Part shown: positions 11,401 to 20,996 of the stretch, piece after piece | Position numbering within the stretch: the stretch's first letter is position 1 | Layout: each line of letters starts with the position of its first letter | DNA from: a virus | Taxonomy: Duplodnaviria; Caudoviricetes | IMG/VR virus record: IMGVR_UViG_3300030098_003180 | Coordinates: 1-51,137 of that record | Length of the DNA: 51,137 bases | Reading direction: 5' to 3' (one strand) | Program-made: the position numbers and the translations under genes | Notes under the pieces: generated by a model | Told to the model about the DNA's origin: nothing | Seen by the model: only the letters and a program-made list of their open reading frames with translations | Databases searched by the model: none

Positions 11401-14400
11401 TTATCAATAAATAAGCCTGCACTTTCTGAAACATGAAATTTATTTACTTCACCTAAAGCAGTTTCAATCTCTTGCATTAATTTTTGACGCTCTCTACCTG
11501 GCATATCTAAGTCAATCGGTTTATCTCCAAACTTTATTATACCTTTAGTTTTCTTTAATTGATTTTTTAAAGGAGCTTCAACTTTATTCTCATATTCAGT
11601 TATCTTATTTAACAAAACATCTCTTTCAGCTGGAGGAAGATTTAATCTTACAACACTTTGTCTTAAAGATTCAGCTGATCTAACTACTACAGAACCACCT
11701 GATTTAACTTTAAGCAAAGATTCTCTATCCATCATACTAACTATAACTCTTCTTAAACCTGAAGTTAAGTTTGCGTTTCCTGTTAATTCATTCGCATATT
11801 CTCTATACACGAAGACATTCATAAAGGCATTATATTCACTATTGCTTTCAAATATATTTCCAAAAGCTTTATTTAAGTCCTTACTTAAAGTCTCAAATTC
11901 ACCCTTATTAATATCTCTTGCGCCAGTTTTACCAGTATTATCAAACAACTCTAATACTCTATTAATTCTTTCTAAATTGGCTATTTCATTAGCCTCCATA
12001 GATGCTTCTACGCCTATCTCACCTTTTAAAACTTCTTCTACAACTCTAAATCTAGAACGACCTCCTAGCATTTTTTGTATATTAGAATACATTGTTTGTA
12101 ATTCTGGGGTTCCTCCACCTTGTTTACCTAAAACCTCATAAACTAATCTACTTCTTTTAATTCTATTAGCAGCTTGAACTGACTGCCAAATAGCAGTTTG
12201 TCCCATTATATACTTATCTTTAAACCCTGCATCTGGTTTAGTGAAACCTGGAACATTCTCTCTCCAGTTATCCATCTTCTTGCCATCTAAGCCATTATAC
12301 ATAAGTTCATGCATAGACTCTGTGCTAGTTTTATAAACCTCTAACATTTTTTCAAGTTTACCTAATTCTATTTTTTCCTGATTCCAAGAAACACCTTTGC
12401 TGCTAACATCTAAACTACCTGCGGCCTTAGCAGAATCAATTGTTTCTAAAAGAGAATGAGCAGCATCTGCTATTGGTTTTCCAGCATAGTCTAAACTTAT
12501 AGTTTTTAAAGCATCTCTTACTGTTTCATGTACAAACATTTTACCATTTTGTTCACTAACAATAGAATCTAAACCTATAGCGCCTAAAGAATCCTTTATA
12601 TATTGATGACCCATTTGCTGAATGTTCTCAGTTATTTTTAATTTAGCTAACTCTACCTTAGTATCTATAAGATCTAAATTACTAGAATCAATAACTGTTC
12701 CATCATTAAGCTTAAAGTTATCAAATGTTTTAATATACTCTAAAGCTTCTGCTTGAGTCATATACTTCATTTGTTTCCCAACCATACCAGCTGCAGATAA
12801 TGATGATATTTTAGTTGCTATATTTAATAAGTTTTGCAAATCATTTACTTCTTTAGAAGTTCTAGCAGCAGCTTCTATATTATTATCTTTTTTATGTTGA
12901 GCTTGAATTTTAATTAAGTCACCAATTTTCTTTTGAACGTGAGTTTGAAAAGGCAAAGGTCTTTCATTAAACTTAACTTTATTATCTATAGACTCTTGTA
13001 ATCTTTGTTGGTTTTTATTTATATCTACAAATTCTGCTCTAGAACCTTCTATAAATTCACTTATTTGAATACTAGATTCTTTAGAAGCTGAATCAAGAAT
13101 TAACTTAACAGCTGTATCTGTATCCCCTATTGTAAATGCATTATATATATCGTTCTTAGCAGGCTCAAAACCTAACCTTTCATAAGACTGTAAGAATCTT
13201 TGTATTTCACTACCATTACCATGTAATCCTGTTTGATCATAAAACTTAGGTAACCTTGCAGATTTAGGGTCAAATTTCTTACCACGCTTCATATACAACA
13301 TACCAACCCAATGGTCAAACACTAACTTGTCTACAGGATAATCTTCTGTAAACAGTATACCTGAATCGTACGCTGCTGAATAAGCTCTTGCGTTCATAGC
13401 TAAAGAACCTACAGATGCCCTTGTAAATGATTCAAAACCATCTCTAACAATTTCTTTTTGTAATTTTCTAATTAAACCATCTTTTCCAGGTAATGATTTC
13501 TTTACTATATTATAAGCGTTTTCTAATATTTCTCTTTCATTTACACCTAAAGAAGTACCTTTTCCTACTTTAGTAATCATATCATCTAATGCCGACTTTG
13601 TTAAACCAGAGCCTGGAAACGCAGCACCTATATCATCAGCACCTTTAGAAAAACTATTTATAAATGCTAATAAAGCACTATCATTTTGATCTGCCGCTTT
13701 CTTTCCAAACCTTGATCTAAGCATGCTACCCATAGCCTTAAAGTCAGCTATCATTCCAGACTTACCAAATTGAACACCTTTACCACCAGGTATATATCTT
13801 ATAGGGGCAAGTATTGCACCAGTTTGAGCTCCATGCATAGCTCTTTTATACCACTCTTCATAACCCCATTCATTTTCATTTAACCCATATTGTTGAGCAG
13901 CATAATCACCAGCTTCACCAGCTATCGTATCCCATGTTGCTAATAACACAGATTCATAAGCTATATCGCCTGCTAAAATAGCCATCTTTTTATTCCATCC
14001 ACGCTCTAATAGTTTATGAGTTATAGATTGTCCGAAATGAACATGTCTTGTTTGAGATGCAGAGTTTATTATAGATGATGTCATTTTTTCTACAGACTCT
14101 TCAAAAGATTCTTTACCCGCTTTTTTAACTCCTTCTTCACCAAGCTCTTTTGTAAGCATTTCAGCAACTTCTTTTTTTACATTATCTGTAATTTTTGTTG
14201 TCAATTGAGGGGCGCTATTGAAAGGATTTACTCTAGCTTCTTTTCTTTTAAAGTAATTAAACCAATTGTAGCTTCCTGCCGCCTCTTTACCTGCTTCATC
14301 AATTTGTGAACGAGTTGATTTTATGACTGTTTTCATAGCATCATCGCTCACACTTGTCACAATACCTTTAGCAATATCATCACTTAAATTTTTAACTGCA

Positions 14401-14873
14401 CTTTTACCTGCTTCTTGAACAGCCTTTTTCATACCAGCGCCTGCAACTTTACTTGTAAGACCTATACCTTTACCTACAGCCCCAATACCTGTTAATATAC
14501 CTGCACCTGTACCAATAGCATATCCTATTTTACCTGCTAAAGATTCATCTTTCCAATCTTGTGAACCAAATTGAGCAGAAATATCAGGTCCTCCAGATAC
14601 TTCAGAAGCAACATCAGCTACCGTAGGTACTACAAAAGTTTCACCAAAACCCCATAAAGCATTACCAACAAAGTCAAATAAAAAGAAATCATCTACCCAA
14701 GTATATGTAGGCTCTTTAGGCGTTGCAGATTTTACACCCATTTTTCTAGCAGTTGGACTTAAAGGATCACCAGGTAATTGTAACCCTAAAGGTTTTGCTG
14801 GTTCTGTTTGAACTGCAGTAGGCTTTATAGTTGTTCTATTTCGCCAGTCTTCATAACTTTTATATTTACCCAT
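5484..14873 (-). CDS. Putative virion-packaged single-chain two-barrel RNA polymerase (3129 aa)
   Basis: DADFDLDK (DFDLD at about aa 2324-2328) preceded about 40 aa earlier by LRVP, paralleling beta' NRxP...NADFDGD and the DFDID motif of crAss-like phi14:2 gp66. Gly/Ala-rich hydrophobic N-terminus; giant size; located in the cargo block. Confidence 0.75.
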   Translation of the reverse strand: MGKYKSYEDWRNRTTIKPTAVQTEPAKPLGLQLPGDPLSPTARKMGVKSATPKEPTYTWVDDFFLFDFVGNALWGFGETFVVPTVADVASEVSGGPDISAQFGSQDWKDESLAGKIGYAIGTGAGILTGIGAVGKGIGLTSKVAGAGMKKAVQEAGKSAVKNLSDDIAKGIVTSVSDDAMKTVIKSTRSQIDEAGKEAAGSYNWFNYFKRKEARVNPFNSAPQLTTKITDNVKKEVAEMLTKELGEEGVKKAGKESFEESVEKMTSSIINSASQTRHVHFGQSITHKLLERGWNKKMAILAGDIAYESVLLATWDTIAGEAGDYAAQQYGLNENEWGYEEWYKRAMHGAQTGAILAPIRYIPGGKGVQFGKSGMIADFKAMGSMLRSRFGKKAADQNDSALLAFINSFSKGADDIGAAFPGSGLTKSALDDMITKVGKGTSLGVNEREILENAYNIVKKSLPGKDGLIRKLQKEIVRDGFESFTRASVGSLAMNARAYSAAYDSGILFTEDYPVDKLVFDHWVGMLYMKRGKKFDPKSARLPKFYDQTGLHGNGSEIQRFLQSYERLGFEPAKNDIYNAFTIGDTDTAVKLILDSASKESSIQISEFIEGSRAEFVDINKNQQRLQESIDNKVKFNERPLPFQTHVQKKIGDLIKIQAQHKKDNNIEAAARTSKEVNDLQNLLNIATKISSLSAAGMVGKQMKYMTQAEALEYIKTFDNFKLNDGTVIDSSNLDLIDTKVELAKLKITENIQQMGHQYIKDSLGAIGLDSIVSEQNGKMFVHETVRDALKTISLDYAGKPIADAAHSLLETIDSAKAAGSLDVSSKGVSWNQEKIELGKLEKMLEVYKTSTESMHELMYNGLDGKKMDNWRENVPGFTKPDAGFKDKYIMGQTAIWQSVQAANRIKRSRLVYEVLGKQGGGTPELQTMYSNIQKMLGGRSRFRVVEEVLKGEIGVEASMEANEIANLERINRVLELFDNTGKTGARDINKGEFETLSKDLNKAFGNIFESNSEYNAFMNVFVYREYANELTGNANLTSGLRRVIVSMMDRESLLKVKSGGSVVVRSAESLRQSVVRLNLPPAERDVLLNKITEYENKVEAPLKNQLKKTKGIIKFGDKPIDLDMPGRERQKLMQEIETALGEVNKFHVSESAGLFIDNNKIQERIMNLMAQAESILDTKPDLAKELMTKVTEISNVNENVLSLIQKYMATNDAIGLRTLMDASEKMQQFEQKLIIGQPGKATSKTLENLRQEFESIVIKALDKRNELGRFETYEDVQNYIEERINNVLNSDRVGRPHQTHTSISPSQYESKWGISAETMSDILTQPRLLFERLDQMQGQVKTNLLNNLGVKDITYREMLVDGINSVIRGTFTEKQYIDVVMKPFIENMKPLVEAHITRQKKNGREPGTYEDFILDTMFLMQSALGSKKVHLAKYENGMVHVEETSISNWNVGINKLQQSLGLFDVGDILLFSPEISYKGTRSSSLPPEQIQKVYNQLAAGLPLAPSIREVLSKNDILFFDKFKSYLGGKGKKGQLELIPVQLDEKTVVIIPQYSMQKVTQAWSLAEGPLRKQLINELATTAMPVADAARIIENYFKKELGATMDSKGNFKIEPNAENVQRLVSITRLLNAFSGQRLADVMSGNTTIKEVLSDLKYIKLDSPRGGFALTKRNLETAKHFLETFIDPNSNMKEVVDIYNRQFFGQDGKTPTKHRTLNLFDESGLGASFFGTKELAKEQLIQQIQFNNPKLNKSEVQERVDLIMESYETIHASAQNAEKYLSLPEMAAMLMSKGARTDWFIWGDKLDMNNRVVMQKDSKGNYIKKDGRYVPVQTVVGFNVAIKPIEMYKHFDSVKGELVTHVGKTAYKFHPEMDKLMKIGGDYFTDSIGFESTHKIHEVSNGVETRKPGVHLERISSETDFQRVMFEKGLPRDAVNEVVEIGREGIMIKSIAGIHDATLSYGFGNLMSNKAIRSLAEMTGQNNVVSEMIQTFSSLSENPFSYQKVVTRLKNFEHESGGTINKLIGAEAVLNANGLPLFEFMQPSVEKMVSSDYMGSRNFASSSVSAGKMNVMSAGSGYSLGDRRNGVQHSFGGSGMSYSEHSTDISSMYKIGDGGKVSRINPREGVSLVFKINENMINKFFKNKQDIIGIETGMDVLITHDGHIVGPHQQYMKKTGGNLNDIGKQIIKFEQHILDSYNVIMESALRSEGIKTIGDLAMYLNGTLDNTQWKFGNYNQTYTLESHSNKPNVRNNNAASTVTEKMRNFVWGKGKTGNDFQSVHLAKIDLRVPKVGMNDWVITRVEKLLDRRRGPVSEMNYLDVIQPQDADFDLDKSSSFFALPGEVVREAYNVAGYNDPASMAVFDRAFSEVKMDNPLQMTNYAAVLKQLESKRAPLMRQVSTLSTLLQYISTKQELFKPGTAYSQSILDGKVTGANKNFKLFEFNYEGEKYVVELKNDAAFVDAMTHTKNLIKSTIDIYKERGNIQDVDMVKEAWLNPENGFLNIRRSKVKDKAEYITYEELPSAANRDGLSPKTSIEGFISKVLRPMDRIHNLIHMTESFADGTSRKMSAFEMLYKYEQNLSLMKFASFKRDNKGNLLFDKTTKTYQQNEYGSIVDNLLGFLGEGYKKGQTRSGMSANPVVQAMIGLRNSKENFHKSIPSESSIAEVVLGLQTRDSKVSDAVKKYLSDQKTFAGLESIIFNIDKIEDVVNSMQRKGLLNTSSGKYWQGELKRNQMIRDNIVKELNDPANIYDLHKTNIVRKDRKGVAQNHIAVYRRRNEETFLVGEFKQGERYEVRKGDVIYNNPGQIILGDKTVNMVRRAMHDAFARDSRNFNETELMMVRNLMFNTKDGFFKTLSNERRSYADPTKPLDSRRLSMMGEIDMVVVSDFLQRVKEISPAKSEQIMQQFLFDLLVPKVSDNTWEIIGKDSNNNNLLSPSFRKNTTNERLVFKFLNKAMRGEAQNVMSMEQANNIFQRLNDRFKTAFIKQHDGSLQGDVFNFGTSKRKYDQFGFISPLKDLPNFVFDTNLQRQGQDLMLQFVNGSYFMDPVQLYRMTYNLSNQNKMGPGGTMPSHSEISSVMKGMWEGSSVIQLGKDGAWYQPKKTFRDNSYHNGTESKPISALEKMQETWSSCF

Positions 14874-14881
14874 TGCTCTCC

Positions 14882-17530
14882 TTAAACTCTATCTAATGCT
14901 TCATAAATATCAATAATTTCACTAGTCTGATAATCTTTTTGCTTACCCATAGACTTCTTTCCAGACTTTTTGTATTCTTCAAAAAACTGATGAAAGTCTC
15001 CACCATAATTTTCTTTCATATCAGCAGTATAGGTAACCCATTCTTCATACATCATTCTTTTATCTGTTTCCCAATGATAATAACCTTTAGGCTTGTCATA
15101 TAAATACTTTAACTCACTAGGCAAATCTTCTCTATTATAACCATGATGTTGCAACAAGTCTCTCCATATAGCATCCTGAGCAACTCTTTTTACAGGTATA
15201 TCATCAAAATATTTATCAAACATCGATTGTAAATTTACTACTATATTGTTAGCTTCGCCAACCCTAAATTTTATATCTTCAGTATCATCAGGAAATGCAA
15301 CTCTTTCGCCTTTGCTATTTGTTCTGATTAAATTATTCCAACCATCACCACCAGCATTTTGAAATATTTCACTAGACAATAAAGTAGGTGAATGCGTTAC
15401 TTCGTACAAAACACCACCTTCGTCTCTCAGGACTTTATTATTTGCAAGCTCATTTAAAACTGTATCTATAAATTTATCAGCATTTTCTCTTAACAGTATA
15501 GCTTCTTCTTTTGTAGGAACATAATCAAGTGAAGTTAACTGTCCAGGACCAGTACTACTTCCATCTGAAGACATAACACCAGTATTACTAAACCCAGTCA
15601 GATTATCAAAACTATTTAATGTCGCATATTCAGAAGACCAAGTATAAATATCGCTTATAATTTTAGGTTTATTTTTAGATAAAGCAGTTGCGTCTATATA
15701 AAACCTTCCGTTTTGAGAAGTGGTTTTACTTTTTGGAAAGTTAGAACCTTTATCAAATCCAAATTTATCATTACTTTGTCCCCATAAAAAATGTGTAAAT
15801 TCTGAAAATGTTCCACCCACATCGTGACCCTCTACATCAGTATAACCCTTAATAGGATTAGCATCATCAGATGTAGCTTTGTAATTGTATGTGTTTACAA
15901 ATGCGTTATTTGTATTAGATAAATCTACAGTATTTTGCATATTACTTAAATTACTATTAAAGCTACCTAAAAAATCATAATCAGGATCTGAAGCAAAAGC
16001 TGTGTTTATATCTACATCTGACTGCACTTTAAAACCGTGTTTTAAATTATCATCTAAATCAACACCCCCATCACTTCCACTAGGCTCAACAGCACCTCTA
16101 AATGATTCAGAATCAAAAGTATAAGTATCTGAAGTTATATCGCTACTAAATTGAGTATTCAATCCTGCGGTATTTAATTCTTGCAACCTATCTATCGCTA
16201 ACTCACCTTGTTCATATAAATTATGTATATCATTAGCACTCATATTTCCAGAATATTTTAATATATTTCTCTCTCTTATTGAGTGTGCTTCAAAATCAAT
16301 ATCACCATTTTCTAACATACCATCATTTTGCATTAAAAAATAATGTACTTCTTCTATCATGTTGTGATAAGGTATAATATTTATATGAGCCGCTGGGTTT
16401 CCTTGTCTTGCTGTCCAACCTTCTTTTAAAGCCATATTAGAATTTAAGACTAATTTACCTATTCTTAAGTTTTCATTATATTCTTTACTGCTTGTAATTG
16501 GCGTACCATCTTCCATTGTAGGAACTAAAACACCATCTTTATCAACAGGTAAGTATATACCACTTAGATCTGCTCCTATATTATATACTTCAACTTCAAA
16601 TAAAGTGTTAGCATCTGCTATACTTTCTTCTCTTTCTTTTATTTTATAATCGTCTTTAGGTATTTCTGAGGCTACTAATGAGTTATAGTTTGTGAATGCA
16701 AGTTGCGCATTTGCGATAGAAGTTTCAGCATCTCTTACATTAGGGTATACTAATCCACCATAACTTGATTCTATAACTAGTTTATCTTTTTCTATATTTG
16801 AAAACTCATTATATTTCTTTACATTCTCAGTTTCTATGTCTGATAAAATAGCCTGATTTTCAACACTTTTTGCTTCAAACAATAGTTTGTTAGCATCAAG
16901 AATATTTTGGTCTAATTTACCCATATTTACGTCATATGCACCCTTTGCAAAAGCATTAGCATCAGTTACTGTAACATTGTATCTATCTTTTAATATTGTA
17001 TTTAAATCAGTTAAACTAAAGTCTTCTCTATCCCATTTTTCTGGATCTAAACCTTTATCATAACCTGTCCCAACACCTTTAAAATAATCTTGTATAGTTG
17101 TGGCTATTTTCTTTTGTTTTTTTACTTCCTTTAATTGCAAACGATTATCAGATATTTTTGAATTAGTGTCATCTACTAACATTTTTAATTGAGACATAGA
17201 GCCATTTATTATATCATTAGTAATATTGCCAACGTTACCTGAAGAGTTTACAGGATCAAGAGTAAATACTTGTCCAGTTAACGTTTCTAAATTATCTATT
17301 TCTACATCCAATGAATCATTTACTTCATTTAAAGTTTGATTATTAAGCTCTAGTTTTCTGTTTAATATATTCGTCAATCTATTTAATTCATTTTCTTCTT
17401 TTTGAAAATTAATCGTCATTTGATTTGATAGTATTCCAAGAGCTAAATCGGTATCTTGCTCTTTCTTTTTTTGCTCATTTTCTAGCATCATATTTAATGC
17501 CATTAATAAGGTTGATCCTTTTGTACTCAT
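14882..17530 (-). CDS. Internal virion/ejection protein (882 aa)
   Basis: N-terminal coiled coil, acidic Asn/Asp-rich body, position within the cargo block. Confidence 0.5.
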   Translation of the reverse strand: MSTKGSTLLMALNMMLENEQKKKEQDTDLALGILSNQMTINFQKEENELNRLTNILNRKLELNNQTLNEVNDSLDVEIDNLETLTGQVFTLDPVNSSGNVGNITNDIINGSMSQLKMLVDDTNSKISDNRLQLKEVKKQKKIATTIQDYFKGVGTGYDKGLDPEKWDREDFSLTDLNTILKDRYNVTVTDANAFAKGAYDVNMGKLDQNILDANKLLFEAKSVENQAILSDIETENVKKYNEFSNIEKDKLVIESSYGGLVYPNVRDAETSIANAQLAFTNYNSLVASEIPKDDYKIKEREESIADANTLFEVEVYNIGADLSGIYLPVDKDGVLVPTMEDGTPITSSKEYNENLRIGKLVLNSNMALKEGWTARQGNPAAHINIIPYHNMIEEVHYFLMQNDGMLENGDIDFEAHSIRERNILKYSGNMSANDIHNLYEQGELAIDRLQELNTAGLNTQFSSDITSDTYTFDSESFRGAVEPSGSDGGVDLDDNLKHGFKVQSDVDINTAFASDPDYDFLGSFNSNLSNMQNTVDLSNTNNAFVNTYNYKATSDDANPIKGYTDVEGHDVGGTFSEFTHFLWGQSNDKFGFDKGSNFPKSKTTSQNGRFYIDATALSKNKPKIISDIYTWSSEYATLNSFDNLTGFSNTGVMSSDGSSTGPGQLTSLDYVPTKEEAILLRENADKFIDTVLNELANNKVLRDEGGVLYEVTHSPTLLSSEIFQNAGGDGWNNLIRTNSKGERVAFPDDTEDIKFRVGEANNIVVNLQSMFDKYFDDIPVKRVAQDAIWRDLLQHHGYNREDLPSELKYLYDKPKGYYHWETDKRMMYEEWVTYTADMKENYGGDFHQFFEEYKKSGKKSMGKQKDYQTSEIIDIYEALDRV

Positions 17531-17539
17531 ACTTTTTCC

Positions 17540-19099
17540 TTATATTAAATTGTTATACCATTTTGTATCGTCTTCTAAATCATCATACTGCCTTTTTAAT
17601 TCTCCTATTTGATGTTTAGTATCCATTATATCATCTTCTCTTCCTTGAGCAATATCATCAAATTGAATGTCAGAAGTTTTAAGTAAATCTTTCATTTGAA
17701 CATCGTAATTAGTAGTTAAATCTTCCACAACATTCTCTTTAACCTGTTGCAAACTACCAGAAATTAAACCTCTTGTTTTTTTCCATCCTGATTTAACAGA
17801 AGAGCCAAGTTGCTCTATAGAATCTCCTAGCTGATTTGTAAAACCTTCTATTTTATTTCTTGTTAAATCTTTTAAATTTCCTAATGCCTGTTGACCTCTT
17901 TCGTACGTAGTAGATATAGTACCACCTAAATGATCCATGGTTCTACTTATTTCTTCTTGTTGTTTTTTAGCCTCATCAGCTGCACCAAAAGCACCACCAA
18001 TCCAATCAGCAGCCATAAGTCCTATAGATAAAGGACCTGCCATAGCTCCTATACCACTTAAAGCACCACCAGATGCAAACATAGTTCCTGGAGTACTAGC
18101 AAGTGTACTAATACCACTAGCCATATTAGCCATATTACCAAATCCACCAGAGTATAATTCATACAATCCTGTTTCATCATTAATAGGATAGTCACCTGTT
18201 TTTTTATAATGTTGAGAATTTTTTGCATTTTCTAATAACCAGTCTTCTGCTTCAGCACCAAACATATTAACTAAAGCAAGTTCATGTTCATTTACATGAT
18301 AAGCCCTACCTCCTTGAGTTTCAAACTGTAAAGTAAATGTATCTCCAAATTCACCTGGATAAGGACTAACCGCATCAGTGCCTACAGGTATTCCTTTGTG
18401 TAGAACACTAGATCTTCTAGGGTGAAAAGGAGCGTAATCTGGACTACCAAGACCTATATTGTATTTTTTAGCTTTTTCTACCCAAGGAGGAGCCCAACTT
18501 CCAGAAGTTTCATTAGCAGCATGAGCTTTTGAATAAGGGTCATAAAACTCTTTTTTAAACTGCCTAGCCCAAGGTTCTACAACCTTTAACTTATCTTTAT
18601 CGGAAAGGCTTAAAAATTGTTTAAAATTATTAGAGTAAGATTTTTTAGGACCTGAAAACATTATTTCTTCAGTATAAGGGTCTTCATTTAAATTATATAT
18701 TGTCCCAACAATATTTTGTAAAACTTCAAGATCATTTCCAGATCCTTGGTAAAATTTAGTCATTGCTCTCATTTTTGAATCAGATATAATAACTGGAACT
18801 ATATCACTAGCGTTTTCTGGTCTAACATCGTAACCTAAATGGTTTCCAATTTCTTGATTTGTTTTAGAACTATACCAATTTCCACTTTTGTCTCGAGTGA
18901 ATCCTAAAATATCCTCACCAAATTCAGAAACTTGTTTATTAAATATTGAAGCTTCACTCATGTTTTTAACAGCATTTAAACTAGTTAAAGCCATAAGCAT
19001 AGCCTCTTCTCTTTGTGCTTCCTTCTTATCCATTCTGTTTGCCAACAAGGTCATTCTATTTTGATGTCCTGATAATATTGCTTCTTTACTTATTGCCAT
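17540..19099 (-). CDS. DNA pilot/ejection-type protein (519 aa)
   Basis: GEFGDT...AYHVNEHELALV...PINDETGLYE motif seen in podovirus internal proteins, followed by a Gly/Ala/Met-rich hydrophobic stretch and a coiled coil. Confidence 0.55.
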   Translation of the reverse strand: MAISKEAILSGHQNRMTLLANRMDKKEAQREEAMLMALTSLNAVKNMSEASIFNKQVSEFGEDILGFTRDKSGNWYSSKTNQEIGNHLGYDVRPENASDIVPVIISDSKMRAMTKFYQGSGNDLEVLQNIVGTIYNLNEDPYTEEIMFSGPKKSYSNNFKQFLSLSDKDKLKVVEPWARQFKKEFYDPYSKAHAANETSGSWAPPWVEKAKKYNIGLGSPDYAPFHPRRSSVLHKGIPVGTDAVSPYPGEFGDTFTLQFETQGGRAYHVNEHELALVNMFGAEAEDWLLENAKNSQHYKKTGDYPINDETGLYELYSGGFGNMANMASGISTLASTPGTMFASGGALSGIGAMAGPLSIGLMAADWIGGAFGAADEAKKQQEEISRTMDHLGGTISTTYERGQQALGNLKDLTRNKIEGFTNQLGDSIEQLGSSVKSGWKKTRGLISGSLQQVKENVVEDLTTNYDVQMKDLLKTSDIQFDDIAQGREDDIMDTKHQIGELKRQYDDLEDDTKWYNNLI

Positions 19100-19112
19100 A
19101 ATTAAATCCTTC

Positions 19113-20996
19113 CTATAATCCTGAACTTCTATCTAATATAAATTCTGCTGTAAATACTGTGTCATTTGCATCATTCGTAGGATCAAATGATATATTAATA
19201 ATATCACCTGCACTAAATGTATTATTGCTTGTAAATGCAAATTTGTATGCAGTATCATCAGCAGCCATATCTACTGTTACTGTTGCACTTGCTGTTCCAC
19301 TTGGACTTTCTGTGCCTGTTGATGATTTATGAAAACCACATACTGTAGATCCACATGCTTCTTCACTTCTAAATACTACTTGATTTAATTTACCATCATA
19401 AGGTGCAACGTAAGATAATAATTCATTTGCAGCAAATTGTGAATTTCTTTCTAAGTTATATCCTACAAGTGGTACATAAACTTTCGTTCCTGCTGTATAA
19501 CTATAATTGAATCCTGCATTTATTAATTGTATAAATTCAAATCCCATATAGCCAGAATCTTTTAATCCATCAGGTGTTACTGCCCTTGTAGCATCAGTAC
19601 CTGTAGTAGTTTCTGCTGTTGTTGCTAATTCTACTACACCTTTACCTGTAGCACTTGCAGTATCTACTGCAAATAAAACAGTATTATCGTCTATTTCAGT
19701 TTCTATTACTGAATCGCCTTGAAATGTTATATCTGCATTACCACTATCTATAGTATAATTTCCTGAATCTCCAAGCAATTTTACTCTTGTAATATCTCCT
19801 GTATTAGCCGTAGCACCACTTGCAATTCCATCTAATTTTGTTTTGTCCCCATTAGCAAACGCACCTTCACTTGGTGGTTGTTGAGCAGAATCAGCTTTAG
19901 AGCCTTGTGCTGCAGTTGCGTAATCGGAAGAATCAAAAGATTTTACTTGAGATAAATTTGTTACTTCGCTATCCATTAATGCACCTGCACTTGTAACATT
20001 TGCTGTATCAGTAACATCTGCATTTGCTTCTATTCCATCTAATTTATCATGATGAGCAGTTGACATTAAACCTTCTGCTGAGCCTGTTGCTTCACTATAA
20101 GTTGTATTAGTATAATTAGTTGCGTGAATAGTACCTGCACTTGCTCCTGTCCAATCTATATGTTCATTAGCAACAAAATTGTTTAAACTATCATGGTCTA
20201 TTTCTCCAGGCACAGCAGTTGCTGTTATTGTGGTCCCACTATTCGTAACCCCTACACCATTACTTCCTAATATAGAAAAATCAGCAGAACCACCTGTATC
20301 AGAAGCTGCTGAACCACCACCTGAATCAGTTGTAATTGTTACTCCTGTTATATCTCCTGAAGCAGTTGAATATCCATAAGATTCAATTTTTTCTTTAATT
20401 GCACCTGAACTCATTAAATGATCATCAGTATCTGTAAATTCACTACCAATATCAATATCATCTACTGTATGTCCACCTATAATCAGGCCCCCTGCAGATA
20501 TATTTCCTGTAGTACTTATAGTAGAACTACCTGTATCTATACTACCAAAACCTGATGTTATACTTCCACTATTTAATGCGCCTGTTGTAACAACATTAGA
20601 AGTACCTTGATAACCTTGGTTTAATCCATAAGGTGTAACACCTCTATTTCTCAAAGTTCCTTCAGTAGTTTCTGCTAAAGTTCCTAATTGAGTAACACCT
20701 CTTTGCGCTTCAGTTGCTTCATCTAATCTTAATCCTAGAATATCGTTATCCCCACCCCCAGGAACACCAGATATACCATCTAATTCATCTACTAATCTTC
20801 TCAATAAACTCTCCTGAGCACCCGAAAAACCTTTCGTTAATAAAGAATTATATTTCTTTCCATCTACGTTTATTTCTTTGTAATAATTTCCATCTACTCT
20901 TTTTATAGAATCGGAATTTTTAGGTCTTCTAGATTTAGTAAACTTATCTTTACCTTTAAACAAATGCATATCTCTTCTTGACTGTTTATCTCTCAT
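19113..20996 (-). CDS. Tail fibre protein (627 aa)
   Basis: Two tail-fibre repeats (ATEAQRGVTQLGTLAET...RGVTPYGL and ASATGKGVVELATTAET...RAVTPDGL) plus KLDGI repeats; Thr/Ser/Gly-rich; beta-rich C-terminal domain. Confidence 0.8.
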   Translation of the reverse strand: MRDKQSRRDMHLFKGKDKFTKSRRPKNSDSIKRVDGNYYKEINVDGKKYNSLLTKGFSGAQESLLRRLVDELDGISGVPGGGDNDILGLRLDEATEAQRGVTQLGTLAETTEGTLRNRGVTPYGLNQGYQGTSNVVTTGALNSGSITSGFGSIDTGSSTISTTGNISAGGLIIGGHTVDDIDIGSEFTDTDDHLMSSGAIKEKIESYGYSTASGDITGVTITTDSGGGSAASDTGGSADFSILGSNGVGVTNSGTTITATAVPGEIDHDSLNNFVANEHIDWTGASAGTIHATNYTNTTYSEATGSAEGLMSTAHHDKLDGIEANADVTDTANVTSAGALMDSEVTNLSQVKSFDSSDYATAAQGSKADSAQQPPSEGAFANGDKTKLDGIASGATANTGDITRVKLLGDSGNYTIDSGNADITFQGDSVIETEIDDNTVLFAVDTASATGKGVVELATTAETTTGTDATRAVTPDGLKDSGYMGFEFIQLINAGFNYSYTAGTKVYVPLVGYNLERNSQFAANELLSYVAPYDGKLNQVVFRSEEACGSTVCGFHKSSTGTESPSGTASATVTVDMAADDTAYKFAFTSNNTFSAGDIINISFDPTNDANDTVFTAEFILDRSSGL

